From positions 62,001 to 126,000 of the forward strand of contig JAPEUI010000026.1 of NCBI GenBank assembly GCA_026025075.1: a DNA stretch of 64,000 nt, given 5' to 3'. Both the position numbers and the translations under genes were made by a program. This DNA is from Vezdaea acicularis. Taxonomy: Eukaryota. Below are positions 63,478 through 64,000 of this stretch, piece after piece (position 1 is the stretch's first letter; the number at the start of each line of letters is the position of its first letter). The notes beneath the pieces were generated by a model, which was not told where the DNA came from, did no database searches, and saw only the letters and a program-made list of their open reading frames with translations.

Positions 63478-64000
63478 CGATGACACGCAACAAAGAAGGT
63501 TCGTTGGACGGAGGAGGCGGACGAAGCAGGAAAGAGGCGATCCGCCCTCCAACCAGGAAGGAAGGAGCAGAGCCGGGCAGGGAAGAAATTCTTTATCGTC
63601 ATGTTACCTCGAATCTGACGACCCGGCGGCCCTGGTTCGTGTTTGTGCCAAGCCAGGGGCAGGGAGGGCCGGGACGAACTCCTTGCACGAGGGACTCGAC
63701 TCCGGGGCCCGGCTCTTGCGCGAGCGCCTCCCTCTCCTCCTTCCCGCTCCATCGCAGCTTCCGTTGTCTGGTCTCTGGGAATCCTTGGCAGATCTTGGCC
63801 GTCCGTCCGTCCGTCAACGCGCGTCTGGAACAAACACTCCATCCCCCATTGCCGGCCAAGACGTCTCCATTGCCCTGCCATCCCTCCTTCTTCTCCGCCA
63901 CTCACTCCGAACAACCCCACAATCACGGCGTCCTCCAGGATTCGCACCTGCCGCCCTTCGACGTCGTCCCCATGTCGAGCCGCATGCATGCACGGCCTCC

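Noticed and set aside
60376..63989. ORFs of 65-184 aa in the right-hand region
   Set aside because: Low-complexity translations of purine, pyrimidine and GC tracts; many have non-ATG starts and none shows a domain or splice structure.

Overview
Eukaryotic, intron-containing DNA from a filamentous ascomycete (Pezizomycotina): short GT-AG introns with CTRAY-type branch sites and about 50% GC. Most of the window (8.2-60.3 kb) is a dense run of conserved genes. In order these are apsA/NUM1, CWC24, a DUF2439 (Mte1/ZGRF1-N-like) protein, a BAR-SH3 protein, VMS1, a GT8/GNT1-like protein, PRP38, vacuolar protease B, a large BEACH-WD40 protein, MTG1, ISY1, HEM15, EMC1, tubulin cofactor D, nirA, methylcrotonoyl-CoA carboxylase alpha, a MARVEL protein and a polyol-type SDR. 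The left ~8 kb looks accessory: a DHA1 MFS efflux pump, an orphan secreted cysteine-patterned protein, an SDR and a gene relic whose stops are all TAG. A second relic lies at 40-42 kb. The last ~3.7 kb has no credible gene and is rich in purine/pyrimidine tracts and G-runs. I see no tRNA, rRNA, intact transposon or CRISPR array. I cannot demonstrate a wholly new system from sequence alone. The best leads are (1) the orphan secreted protein, (2) a uORF overlapping a GATA-containing tandem duplication in front of nirA, (3) non-canonical splice sites required to build VMS1, (4) a GT8 protein lacking its DxD motif, and (5) a long imperfect fold-back right after the last SDR. All family calls come from motif recognition by eye; no searches were run.
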